Shown in pieces: positions 16,906 through 26,101 of a stretch of 64,000 nt of DNA. The DNA is from Victivallales bacterium. Lineage in GTDB: Bacteria; Verrucomicrobiota; Lentisphaeria; Victivallales; UBA1829. Both the position numbers and the translations under genes were made by a program. Position 1 is the first letter of the stretch; each line of letters starts with the position of its first letter. The notes beneath the pieces are model-generated. The model did not search any database. It had not been told where the DNA came from and saw only the letters and a list, made by a program, of their open reading frames with translations. The stretch covers positions 7,448 through 71,447 of the forward strand of contig JAEEQN010000011.1 in assembly GCA_016285345.1 (NCBI GenBank), given 5' to 3'.

Positions 16906-17934
16906 TTATCGTTTTCCTCCATGGGCGGGAACGTCCAGCAGAGACCGGATGCAGCGTTCGAGCTCGTCCATGGTGTCGGCGGGATCAAAGGTCGCGTCCG
17001 GTCCGAAACACCTCACGACCTTGCCGTCACGACCGACGACGTATTTCGTGAAATACCATTTGACCGGACCGAGCGCCGAATAGATCGCGGGCCAGTCCGA
17101 ACTGGATTTCGGTTTCGCCATCTGGGGGAACGTCACGCCGTATTCGGACGAGCGGAATGCATGGATCTCCTCATCGGTGCGCGAGGCATCCTGATTCGAC
17201 AGGAACGGGCTGTCCGTACTGTATGAATTCCCCGGACTCGCCCTCAAAGCCGGAAAATCAAGTATCTCGAAGCCGCGGTCGTGGTATTTCCGGTAAATCT
17301 CTTCGAGGCGGGCATACTGCGGGGTAAAAAGATCGTCCGTGGCAGTGTTCACCACGAGCACGACCTTTCCCCGGAGATCGGCGGTCCGGATGATCTGTCC
17401 GTCCCATGTAGTAAGCTCGAAATCATAAAAGGACGGGTCCGTTTCTTTCCTCCGTTCCACAACATCCCAGTTGCCGAGATCGCCCGCCTGATTCCGCGCC
17501 GACAATCCGCCGCCGTCTTTCCCGTCACCTTCTTTTCCGTCGGAGCCGAGCGAGTAAATGTCGAATTCACCATGTTTGCCTGGGAAGACGTAATGAAATT
17601 CGTTGCCCCACGGGTCACGCGGAAGCGCCGGTTTGAGGTAGGGGCCATCCCATTTTTCGGCGTGGTCGATATTCTCCAGCAGCCCCAGGAGTGAGGACGG
17701 GCATGTCCCGACATCCTTCTCATATAACCGGACCGCCTCATCAAGAAGCTGAATCAGATTATAGGTTTCGACATAATTGAGGTTACGTATATAGCTGGTG
17801 CGGAAATTGTAAAACAGGAAAAAAACGCTTGCAAGGCAGAAAAAGAGCCAAACCGCAACGACAATGATTATCACGCGGTTGCCGCCGCGCTTCTTCTTTG
17901 CGGGACTTGTTTCCTTTTCGTGCGATTCATTCAT
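16906..17934 (-). CDS. Fusion protein: TM anchor + GspG-like pseudopilin globular domain + glutathione-peroxidase-fold domain lacking catalytic residues
   Basis: GspG C-domain: EAVRLYEKDVGTCPSSLLGLLEN...WDGPYLKPALPRDPWGNEFHYVFPGKHGEFDIYSLGSDGKEG. GPx fold: FYDFELTTWDGQIIRTADLRGKVVLVVNTATDDLFTPQY...GFEILDFP...YGVTFPQMAK...VKWYFTKYVVGRDGKVV. Confidence 0.7.
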   Translation of the reverse strand: MNESHEKETSPAKKKRGGNRVIIIVVAVWLFFCLASVFFLFYNFRTSYIRNLNYVETYNLIQLLDEAVRLYEKDVGTCPSSLLGLLENIDHAEKWDGPYLKPALPRDPWGNEFHYVFPGKHGEFDIYSLGSDGKEGDGKDGGGLSARNQAGDLGNWDVVERRKETDPSFYDFELTTWDGQIIRTADLRGKVVLVVNTATDDLFTPQYARLEEIYRKYHDRGFEILDFPALRASPGNSYSTDSPFLSNQDASRTDEEIHAFRSSEYGVTFPQMAKPKSSSDWPAIYSALGPVKWYFTKYVVGRDGKVVRCFGPDATFDPADTMDELERCIRSLLDVPAHGGKR

Positions 17935-18030
17935 CGTATGCTGCCCTTATTTGGTATTGCGGATTTGCCCTGAAAATATACCACACGGGCGACACGGAAT
18001 CAAGAAAGGAAAGAAGATTTTACTTAAAAA

Positions 18031-20628
18031 TCAGAACAGGGTGGGCTGTTCGGGTTCATCGTCCGCTTCGGCATCGGAAGACGTTTTGCGCGTCTTTTTC
18101 GTGTGGAATTTCGCGTGGCGTTCGCGGAGGATGGGGCGCGTGTAGGACGGCATGCCGGCGTCGGCGATGGCGTTTTCCTCGAGGTTTTCGAGGATTTCGC
18201 GGGCGCGGACGATCACGTCGTTCGGGAGTCCGGCGAGCTTGGCGACGTGGATGCCGTAGCTCTTGTCGGCGGCTCCGGGGACGATCTGGCGCAGGAAGAT
18301 GATCTGGTCGCCGTATTCGCGGACGGCGACGTTGTAGTTCTTCACGCCTTTGCGCGTGAGGGCGAGCTCGGTCATCTCGTGGTAATGCGTGGCGAACTGG
18401 GTGCGCGCGCGGGCGGACGGGTGGTCGAGGAGGTATTCGGCAACGGAAAGCGCGATGGAAAGGCCGTCGAACGTGCTGGTGCCGCGTCCGATCTCATCGA
18501 GGATCACGAGGCTCTTGCTCGTGGCGTGGTTCAGGATGTTCGCGGTCTCGATCATTTCGACCATGAACGTGCTCTGGCCGCGCGCGAGGTCGTCCATGGC
18601 CCCGACGCGGGTGAACACGCGGTCCACGAGCCCGACGTGCGCCTCGTCCGCGGGGATGAACGAGCCCATCTGCGCCATGATGACGAGCAGCGCGGTCTGG
18701 CGGATGTAGGTGGACTTGCCCGCCATGTTCGGGCCGGTGATGATCATCATGCGGTTGTCGCCGCCGTCCAGTAGCGTGTCGTTCGGCACGAAGCGTTCGG
18801 ACTCCATCTTCGCATCGAGCACGGGGTGGCGTCCGGCGACGATGTGCAGGACGTCGTCGTCCGCGACGTGCGGGCGGCAGTAACGGTATTTGGAGGCGCA
18901 TTCGCCGAGGGCGGTCAGGACATCGAGGCGGGCGACGGAGAACGCGGCCTTCTGAATCTCGCCGGTGAAAGTGCGCGCGTAGGTGCGGAGTTCGTCGAAG
19001 AGCTGTTTTTCGAGGGAGACGGCCTTGTCGGACGCGCCGAGGATCTTGCTCTCCATCTCCTTGAGCTCGGGCGTGATGAAGCGTTCGCAGTTGACGAGCG
19101 TCTGCTTGCGGACGTAGTCGTCGGGGACGCGCGCGAGGTTGCTCTTCGAGACCTCGATGTAGTAGCCGAAGACGCCGTTGAAATGCACCTTCAGCGTCTT
19201 GATGCCGGTTCGCTCCTGCTCCTTCGCCTGAAGCGCGGCGATCCAGGACTTGCCGTCGGTGATGGCGGACCGGAAAACGTCGAGGTCGTGGTTGAAGCCC
19301 TCGCGGATGAATCCGCCCTCCGCCATGTCCGCCGGGGGATCGTCGGCGATGGCGGCGAAAATGCGCGAAGTGAGCTCGGGGAAGTCGCCGAGACCGTCGC
19401 GGATGCGTTCGACGAGCGGCAGGTCGTAGGCGTTCAGGATCATCTTGAGGCCGGGCAGGACGGAGAGGCTGTGGCCGAGCGCGAGCAGGTCGCGCGGGGT
19501 GAGCGCGCCCGCGTTGAGCTTGGCGGTGAGGCGTTCCATGTCGCGGATGGAGAGGAGCGTCTCGCGGATCTCCTGCCGGGTCAGGACCTCGTCCTTCATC
19601 AGGCCGACGACGTCCTGGCGCTCCACAATCGCGTCGACGTCGCGGAGCGGTTTCAGAAGCCAGCTGCGCATGAGGCGGGAACCCATGGCGGTCGATGTAC
19701 GGTCGAGGACCTGCAGGAGCGTGCCCTCGCGACCGCCTCCGTGGAGCGCGTCGACGAGCTCCAGGTTGCGCTGGCAGACAGGATCGAGCCCGAGGTATTT
19801 TTCGCTGTAGTTGCGGCGGATGGAGACGATGTGGCCGGTACTGCGGCGGAGGTTTTCGGTTGCGTAATGCAGCACGGCTCCGGCGGCGCGGACGCCGCAC
19901 GCGCAGTCCTTCAGGCCGAAGCCGTCGAGCACTGCCACGGAGAACTGGCGTTTCAGTAGTTCGGAGGTATGCTCGTAGGAGAAGATCCAGTCGTCGAGCG
20001 GGGTCCAGAGGATCGGGCGGATGAGCACGGGGCGTCCGCCTGTCTGTTCCCACTGGTCGTAGAGGGTGCGCGGGATGAGGCATTCGCGGGGCTGGAGGCG
20101 CTGGAGTTCGCTTTCGAAGGCTTCGCGCGTGTCGAGGCGTTCGGTCTGGAATTCGGCGGTGCTGATATCGAGCCAGGCGAGCCCGTAGACGTCCTTGTCC
20201 TCCGCCACGACCGCGCAGAGGAAGTTGTTGTCGCCGGGCTTCAGGAACGACGCGTCGAGGATGGTACCGGGCGTGATGATGCGGGTGATGGCGCGCTGGA
20301 CCAGGCCCTTCGCGAGCGCCGGGTCCTCCATCTGCTCCGCCACGGCCACTTTCAGCCCGGCGTCGAGCAGTTTCGGGATGTAGGCGTCGACGGCGCGGTA
20401 CGGCACGCCGCACATGGGGTTGTTGGCGCGGTGAGTCAGGACCAGGTCGAGGATCGGGGCGGCGCGCAGGGCGTCCTCGAAGAACATCTCGTAGAAATCG
20501 CCGGCGCGGAAGAGCAGGATGGAGTCGGCGGGGGATTCCGCCTTCGCCTGAAGATACTGCTTCATCATCGGCGTGATGTTCTTCTCGCCGAAGTCCTCGG
20601 GGGAACGCTGTTTCGGGGGTCTGCTCAT
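18031..20628 (-). CDS. mutS: DNA mismatch repair protein MutS
   Basis: 865 aa. TPMMKQYLQAKAE...FYEMFFEDA, Walker A ITGPNMAGKSTYIRQ and DEIGRGTSTFDG. Confidence 0.97.
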   Translation of the reverse strand: MSRPPKQRSPEDFGEKNITPMMKQYLQAKAESPADSILLFRAGDFYEMFFEDALRAAPILDLVLTHRANNPMCGVPYRAVDAYIPKLLDAGLKVAVAEQMEDPALAKGLVQRAITRIITPGTILDASFLKPGDNNFLCAVVAEDKDVYGLAWLDISTAEFQTERLDTREAFESELQRLQPRECLIPRTLYDQWEQTGGRPVLIRPILWTPLDDWIFSYEHTSELLKRQFSVAVLDGFGLKDCACGVRAAGAVLHYATENLRRSTGHIVSIRRNYSEKYLGLDPVCQRNLELVDALHGGGREGTLLQVLDRTSTAMGSRLMRSWLLKPLRDVDAIVERQDVVGLMKDEVLTRQEIRETLLSIRDMERLTAKLNAGALTPRDLLALGHSLSVLPGLKMILNAYDLPLVERIRDGLGDFPELTSRIFAAIADDPPADMAEGGFIREGFNHDLDVFRSAITDGKSWIAALQAKEQERTGIKTLKVHFNGVFGYYIEVSKSNLARVPDDYVRKQTLVNCERFITPELKEMESKILGASDKAVSLEKQLFDELRTYARTFTGEIQKAAFSVARLDVLTALGECASKYRYCRPHVADDDVLHIVAGRHPVLDAKMESERFVPNDTLLDGGDNRMMIITGPNMAGKSTYIRQTALLVIMAQMGSFIPADEAHVGLVDRVFTRVGAMDDLARGQSTFMVEMIETANILNHATSKSLVILDEIGRGTSTFDGLSIALSVAEYLLDHPSARARTQFATHYHEMTELALTRKGVKNYNVAVREYGDQIIFLRQIVPGAADKSYGIHVAKLAGLPNDVIVRAREILENLEENAIADAGMPSYTRPILRERHAKFHTKKTRKTSSDAEADDEPEQPTLF

Positions 20629-20651
20629 GGTCGCCGTGTGCCCGTGCCGCC

Positions 20652-21005
20652 TCAGAAGGGAACGTTGTCCAAATCGCCGTCGTCATCCGGTTCCGAGGCG
20701 CGGGACGGCGCATTGTTCCGGGCGGGCGGGATGAAGGTGTCGCCGCCGTCGGCTTCGGGCTGGAACGGCGCCCAGGTCTGGCCTTCGGGGCCGTCCTTCG
20801 TGAGGATCTCGATCTTGCGCTTGAGCGTTTCGAGCTTCTGCTGGCAGTAGACGGAAAGGCGTTTCGCCTCCTCGAACGACGCGATCACGTCTTCCAGGCG
20901 CGTATTGCCGTTCTCCATGGACCGGACGAGCGATTCGAGCTTTGCCATGGCCTCTTCGAACGACATTTCCCGGTCGGGCGCGGAATCCTTTTCTGTCTGC
21001 TGCAT
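20652..21005 (-). CDS. xseB: Exodeoxyribonuclease VII small subunit with an extended acidic C-terminal tail
   Basis: SFEEAMAKLESLVRSMENGNTRLEDVIASFEEAKRLSVYCQQKL is the typical XseB helical hairpin. An extra ~45 aa ends in ...EPDDDGDLDNVPF. It lies 23 nt upstream of mutS on the same strand. Confidence 0.8.
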   Translation of the reverse strand: MQQTEKDSAPDREMSFEEAMAKLESLVRSMENGNTRLEDVIASFEEAKRLSVYCQQKLETLKRKIEILTKDGPEGQTWAPFQPEADGGDTFIPPARNNAPSRASEPDDDGDLDNVPF

Positions 21006-21142
21006 CGTGCTGATCTCCCTGTAAAAAACGATCTGAACAAAAAGCGTATCAGGAATTATACATCCGAAAACGGAATAGTCAAATTGAAAGCGGCGGAAAG
21101 ACGGTTTTTTTCCGAAAAAAGGGAAAAAGATGGAAAAAGGAC

Positions 21143-21170
21143 TTGATAAAAAGCATCGGAATGCTATATT
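21143..21170 (+). promoter_or_regulatory. Sigma70-like promoter (TTGATA-16-TATATT)
   Basis: -35 at 21143-21148 and -10 at 21165-21170, upstream of the 21224 start. Confidence 0.5.
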
Positions 21171-21223
21171 ATCGGATTAAAACTTTCCTATTACTACCAC
21201 ATACAAGAAAGGCACCCCCTACC

Positions 21224-22366
21224 ATGATGATCAAATGCCAGAAGTGCGGCTTCGAGAACCAGATGGGCAGCATTTTCTGCCGTGAATGCGGCGAAAAGCT
21301 GGATATGGATGCGATCGATCCGAACAAGCTTCAAAAAGACGTCGACAAAGAAAAGAACATCAAACGCGCAAAAAAACGCCTTAAGGAAGCGATTTCCACC
21401 GGCTTCGGCCTGCTCGTCGTCGCCGCGTTCCTGGGCGTTGTGTTCTACAACGGCGGCCTCCGCCAGTATGAAGAACCGGCCGTGACCGAAGCGGCCGCCA
21501 ACCAGAAGTTCAATGCCGCCGCCACCGGGACCGTGTCCGGCAAGGTGAAATACACCTATCCCGAAATCACCCGCATGTTCAATACAAAAGTCGTGGCTCC
21601 GCTCTCCGAGCTGGATTCCTTCGCCAAGGTCACGAACGCCGAGATCACGTACGACGCGGAAAAGAACCAGCCTGTGATCTATCTCTGGATCAGCCTCAAG
21701 GACAAAGTGCCCGTGATCTACACCATCCACGGCAACCTCGTCTTCAATCCGCCGTCCGACACCCCGGGCGAAGTGGCCGCGCCGCTGACGCTCGACGTAA
21801 AGCGCCTCGACATCGGCCGTCTCCCGGTCTTTGTAAGCACGCACTCCTTCCTCGACGGATTCGCCACCCTGATCGACAACGGAGAAGTCGGAAACTTCTT
21901 CGCCCGCGCCAGGAGCGTGGAGTTCGACGGCGACGGCATGACCGTCGAATTCGGCAAGGGCGGCGGCTCCTCGTCGTACGTTCCCCAGGCCTCCGCCGCC
22001 GCGGGCGTGGCCGCCCTGAAGGGCGGTTCAACCGCAGCCCTCTCCGAAAAGGAGGAAAAGGCCCGTGCGAAAGCCGAAGCGGCCAAGCAGAAAGCCGCGG
22101 AAGAAAAGGAAAAGCAGAAACAGCTTGAGGAAGAACGCAAGCGCAAGGCCGAAGAGTACCGTCAGCAGCAGAAAGAGAAGGAAGAAGAGCGAAAGCGCAA
22201 GCTCGAAGAGGAAAAAGAACGCAAGAAACAGGAAAAGGAAGAGCGCGAACGCCAGATCCGCGAGGAGAACGAGAGAAGAAGACAGGAGCGCGAGGACCGT
22301 CGCCGCGACCGTCAGAACAACAACTACAACTCCCGCAGCAGCAGAAGCTCCCGCAACCGCTACTGA
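21224..22366 (+). CDS. Zinc-ribbon, single-TM protein with an extracytoplasmic domain and a K/E/R-rich C-terminal tail (hypothetical)
   Basis: MMIKCQKCGFENQMGSIFCRECGEKL, TM helix GFGLLVVAAFLGVVFY, and the tail ...EEKEKQKQLEEERKRKAEEYRQQQKEKEEERKRK.... Confidence 0.6.
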   Translation: MMIKCQKCGFENQMGSIFCRECGEKLDMDAIDPNKLQKDVDKEKNIKRAKKRLKEAISTGFGLLVVAAFLGVVFYNGGLRQYEEPAVTEAAANQKFNAAATGTVSGKVKYTYPEITRMFNTKVVAPLSELDSFAKVTNAEITYDAEKNQPVIYLWISLKDKVPVIYTIHGNLVFNPPSDTPGEVAAPLTLDVKRLDIGRLPVFVSTHSFLDGFATLIDNGEVGNFFARARSVEFDGDGMTVEFGKGGGSSSYVPQASAAAGVAALKGGSTAALSEKEEKARAKAEAAKQKAAEEKEKQKQLEEERKRKAEEYRQQQKEKEEERKRKLEEEKERKKQEKEERERQIREENERRRQEREDRRRDRQNNNYNSRSSRSSRNRY

Positions 22367-22390
22367 TTTCTTGAAGGCCGTCGGCTCGCC

Positions 22391-23272
22391 ATGTCTGACC
22401 CAGGTGCACAGGACCGGGAAAGATTCCGGGAAATCTTTCCGTTTGAGGCGAATTTCCTCGAAGTCGACGGCCAGAACCTGTGTTATTTCGATGAAGGGAC
22501 CGGCCCCGCGCTGGTCCTGATTCATTCCTGCCCGATGTCGGCGTTCGCGTTCCGCAGCGTGATCCGCGAATTCCGCACGAGCATGCGGGTGGTCGCCTAC
22601 GACCAGCTCGGATTCGGGCGGTCGGACAAACCGCTGGACTTCGACTACCGCATCGAAAACCACATCGAACACCTGGAGCGCCTCCTTAACCACCTCGGGA
22701 TCAGCGACCGCATCACGCTCGTGATGCACGGACGCGGCGCGGCCATCGGCATGGGCTACGCGGCACGCCACCCGGAAAGCGTCGAGTCGTTCATCATCAT
22801 GAACGCGATGTCGTTCTCCGATTTCTCGCTGCCGCTGCGGCTCCGCATCTGCAAACTCCCTATCCTCGGGAACATCCTCGTCAACAAATTCAATTTTTTC
22901 CTCCGTCCGCCCATGCGCTACCCGAAGATCGTCCGCGACGCCTATCTCCTGCCGTTCCCGCGGACAGAGGACCGTTGCGCGCTCATGGAGTTCATCAAGT
23001 CTCTGCCGTGCGCCCCGGAGGACAAGTCGGCGCAGTCCCTGATCGAGATCGAGACGGAGATCTGGCAGCTCCGGGAAAAACGCGCGCTGATCCTGTGGGG
23101 CGGGAAAGACTGGCTCTACACCAGGCGAGCTCTGCGGAAATGGACGGAGTATTTCCCGTCCGCGAAAGTCGTCATGCTGCCTCTCGCCGGGCGGTTCCTC
23201 ATGGAGGACGATCCGGCGGAGTTCATCACCAATGTCAGGGAATTTTTCGAAGAAGGAAAGACAAAGTCATGA
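22391..23272 (+). CDS. Alpha/beta-hydrolase fold protein (haloalkane-dehalogenase-like) lacking the canonical nucleophile and histidine
   Basis: LVLIHSCPMSAFAFRSVI, YDQLGFGRSDKP, the nucleophile elbow reads LVMHGRGAAIG, and the C-terminal site reads PLAGRFLMEDDP. Confidence 0.75.
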   Translation: MSDPGAQDRERFREIFPFEANFLEVDGQNLCYFDEGTGPALVLIHSCPMSAFAFRSVIREFRTSMRVVAYDQLGFGRSDKPLDFDYRIENHIEHLERLLNHLGISDRITLVMHGRGAAIGMGYAARHPESVESFIIMNAMSFSDFSLPLRLRICKLPILGNILVNKFNFFLRPPMRYPKIVRDAYLLPFPRTEDRCALMEFIKSLPCAPEDKSAQSLIEIETEIWQLREKRALILWGGKDWLYTRRALRKWTEYFPSAKVVMLPLAGRFLMEDDPAEFITNVREFFEEGKTKS

Positions 23273-24708
23273 CCCGGGAATCCATCCAGCTGGAAATGAA
23301 TTTCGACGGCACCAACGAGAACCGGTTCAAACAGAGGTTCGACCTCGGCGAATTCCAGCTCATCGCCGAACTCCCCGTCCCGTCCGCCGACACGCCGCTG
23401 GCCGACGCCGTGCGCCGCGCCTCCGATTTCGAATATCTGGTCCACTCGCAGGAGGGGCCGAAAGCATCCATCGCGTTCGTGAACGATGCGCCCTCGGGCT
23501 ATGCGCTCGACATGGTGCAGTTCGCGACGGAGCTGTGCAAATACTCCCGCGACCGTCACATCCTCTATCTGCACGGCCGCGACAACACGCTCAAGGACAT
23601 CCTGGAATCGGTCCGGCATGCGCATTCCGAGGGATTCAAGAATTTCTGCGCCGTGACCGGCTCGGCCGTGCCCGGCGAAAATGAAGAAGAGACGCGCAAA
23701 CACGTTTTTCTGGAAAGCGTCAACATCCTCGGTGCACTACACGACGCCGGACTGCCCTCGATCTCCATCGGGGCGACGGTCAATCCGTACCAGTACACGC
23801 CTGAATCCGCCCTGGCACAGTCGTTCAAGATGTTCCGCAAGCTCGCGAACGGCGCGGACTACCTGGTCGCCCAGTACGGCTGGGACATGATGAAGCTCCA
23901 GGAAATGATCTGGAACCTCTTCCGGCGCGAGATCAACATCCCGACCGTGGCGCGCCTGATGTTTCTGACGCCCGACAACGCCGAACAGGTCTGCGCAGGC
24001 GGGTTCCACGGGGTGAACATCTCGCCCGACTTCGAGAAGCTTCTGAAAATCGAACGCGCCCATTCGTTCGCGCAGTTCGAGGCCGCCCAGCTCCGCCGCA
24101 TCCAGATCCACGCCGCCGGAGCGCGTCTGCTCGGGTTCAGCGCCGTCCAGGTCGCGGGCATTACGAACGTCTCCCTCCTCGAAACGGTCTTCCAGAAGAT
24201 CCGCGAGGCGTTCCGGGAATTCCAATCCTTCGAGGACTGGCGCACCGCCTACCGGGAATACTACGACCGCCTCGACATGGCCCCCTATCCGAACGAGTTC
24301 TACCTCTTCGACAAACTGCTGGAGACCGACCTCCCGTCCGAACCGCTTTCCTTCGAATCGGGAATCCGCCCGCCGACCCGCTCGGAGAAATTCCGCCGCA
24401 AGATCGCGGGCGCGCTTTTCGCAAACGCGGACAAACTCCCAGCTCGGGAACGCCGTCTGACCAAAAAACTCCTTGTATCCTGCCGGGGATGCAATCTGTG
24501 CAGACTGCCGCGGACCGACTACGTCTGCCCGGAGACATGTCCGAAAGGACTCGCGAACGGCTCCTGCGGCTGCAACAGGGCGAACAACGGATGCGAGCTC
24601 ATGGATGCGGAATGCGTCTACGCGAAGCGCATCAGGATCGCGACCAACCGCGTCGACTATTCCTCGCTGGAAGACGGCGTTGTCCCGCCTGTTGAAGAAC
24701 GCCCCTGA
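23269..24708 (+). CDS. Methylenetetrahydrofolate-reductase-like TIM-barrel fused to an MTHFR_C (MetV-like) Cys-rich zinc domain
   Basis: ATGA overlap with the upstream gene. MetF-like region: IAELPVP...HILYLHGRDNTLKDILESVRHAHSEGFKNFCAVTGS. C-terminal region: CRGCNLCRLPRTDYVCPETCPKGLANGSCGCN. The ORF-track start at 22975 is an out-of-gene extension. Confidence 0.6.
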   Translation: MTRESIQLEMNFDGTNENRFKQRFDLGEFQLIAELPVPSADTPLADAVRRASDFEYLVHSQEGPKASIAFVNDAPSGYALDMVQFATELCKYSRDRHILYLHGRDNTLKDILESVRHAHSEGFKNFCAVTGSAVPGENEEETRKHVFLESVNILGALHDAGLPSISIGATVNPYQYTPESALAQSFKMFRKLANGADYLVAQYGWDMMKLQEMIWNLFRREINIPTVARLMFLTPDNAEQVCAGGFHGVNISPDFEKLLKIERAHSFAQFEAAQLRRIQIHAAGARLLGFSAVQVAGITNVSLLETVFQKIREAFREFQSFEDWRTAYREYYDRLDMAPYPNEFYLFDKLLETDLPSEPLSFESGIRPPTRSEKFRRKIAGALFANADKLPARERRLTKKLLVSCRGCNLCRLPRTDYVCPETCPKGLANGSCGCNRANNGCELMDAECVYAKRIRIATNRVDYSSLEDGVVPPVEERP

Positions 24709-24739
24709 GTCTCTACTCGTTTCCCTGTACAAAAGTAAC

Positions 24740-24772
24740 GGCTGCCGTTCGCAAAAAACGACAGCCTTTTTT
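24740..24772 (+). terminator. Rho-independent terminator (possibly bidirectional)
   Basis: GGCTGcCGTT-cgcaaaa-AACGaCAGCC stem with one mismatch, followed by TTTTTT. Sits between convergent genes. Confidence 0.65.
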
Positions 24773-24803
24773 GTGGCAGTTTTTATTAAAGGGCTTGCCC
24801 CGG

Positions 24804-26099
24804 TCACTTGCCGAGCAGCGAGGGCAGCCAGTCGGAAAGCCACGGGATGTACGTGATCAGTGCCACCGAGACGACCATCGCGATCCAGAACGGGATCATG
24901 GCCGGGGTAACTTTCGCGATCGACGTCTTGCCGATGCCGCAGCCGATGAAGAGGCAGGTGCCGACCGGCGGCGTGCAGAGACCGATGCAAAGGTTCGCGA
25001 TCATCATGATGCCGAACTGGATGTCGGTCATGCCGAATCCGCGCACGATCGGGAGGAAGATCGGGGTGAAGATCAGGACGGCGGGCGTCATGTCCATGAA
25101 CGCGCCGACGACCAGCAGCAGGATGTTGATGAAGATCAGGATGACGACCGGGCTGGACGACAGCGACATCATCCACGCGCTCACGGTGCCGGGGATGTTC
25201 GCCACGGTCATGATCCAGCTCATGGAGGAGCTGACGCCGATCAGGAACATTACGACGGCGGTGGTGATACCGGTTTCCCTCAGGATGACCGGGAGGTCTT
25301 TGATCTTGACTTCGCGGTACAGGAACACGCTCAGAATGAACGCGTAGGCGACGGCGACGGCGGCGGCCTCCGTGGCGGTGAAGATGCCCTTCAGGATACC
25401 GCCGATGATGATGACCATCAGGAAGAGGCTCAGGAACGCCTGACGGAACGTGGTCCACAGGACGGAGAACGGCACGCGTTTCTCGAACTTCGCGCCGGAG
25501 CGCGCCGCATGGATGATGCACGCCGCGATGATGCACAGGCCCATCACGATGCCCGGCACGACGCCGGCGAGGAACATCGCCGCGATCGACACGGAGCCGC
25601 ATGCCACGGCGTAGACGATCATGATGTTGGACGGCGGGATAATGAGGCCGGTCGTGGCGGAGGTCGTGGTCAGCGCCGTCGAGAAGTCGCGGTCATAGCC
25701 TTTCTCCACCATTTCCGGGATCATGAAGCCGCCCACGCTGGCGACCGCCGCGCCCGCCGAGCCGGAGATCGACCCGAAGAGCATGCACGTGATCGTGTTG
25801 GCGTACGCCAGGCCGCCGGGAAGATGTCCGACCAGCGCCGAGGCGAAGTTGATCAGACGGCGCGCCATGCCGCCGCGTCCCATCAGGATGCCGGACAGCA
25901 CAAAGAACGGGATGGCGAGCAGAGGGAACGAGTTGATGCCGAACATCATGCGCTCCGGCACGATGATCTCGGGACGGAACGAGCCGCCCGCGACCGCCAC
26001 GCCGAGCATGGTGGCGGCCCCGATCGCCACAGCGACCGGGACGTTCAGGAAGAGCAGCGAGAAGAAGATCAGCGCGAGAACAAAGCCTACACACTCCAT
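24804..26099 (-). CDS. dctM: TRAP transporter large permease
   Basis: 431 aa and about 12 TM helices, with typical DctM blocks (FFVLSGILMGRGGMARRLINFA, GSISGSAGAAVASVG). Confidence 0.9.
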   Translation of the reverse strand: MECVGFVLALIFFSLLFLNVPVAVAIGAATMLGVAVAGGSFRPEIIVPERMMFGINSFPLLAIPFFVLSGILMGRGGMARRLINFASALVGHLPGGLAYANTITCMLFGSISGSAGAAVASVGGFMIPEMVEKGYDRDFSTALTTTSATTGLIIPPSNIMIVYAVACGSVSIAAMFLAGVVPGIVMGLCIIAACIIHAARSGAKFEKRVPFSVLWTTFRQAFLSLFLMVIIIGGILKGIFTATEAAAVAVAYAFILSVFLYREVKIKDLPVILRETGITTAVVMFLIGVSSSMSWIMTVANIPGTVSAWMMSLSSSPVVILIFINILLLVVGAFMDMTPAVLIFTPIFLPIVRGFGMTDIQFGIMMIANLCIGLCTPPVGTCLFIGCGIGKTSIAKVTPAMIPFWIAMVVSVALITYIPWLSDWLPSLLGK

Positions 26100-26101
26100 C
26101 G

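Noticed and set aside
16906-17934. Selenocysteine-containing glutathione peroxidase
   Set aside because: There is no in-frame TGA at the active-site position. The codon there encodes Asp, and the rest of the catalytic tetrad is also substituted.
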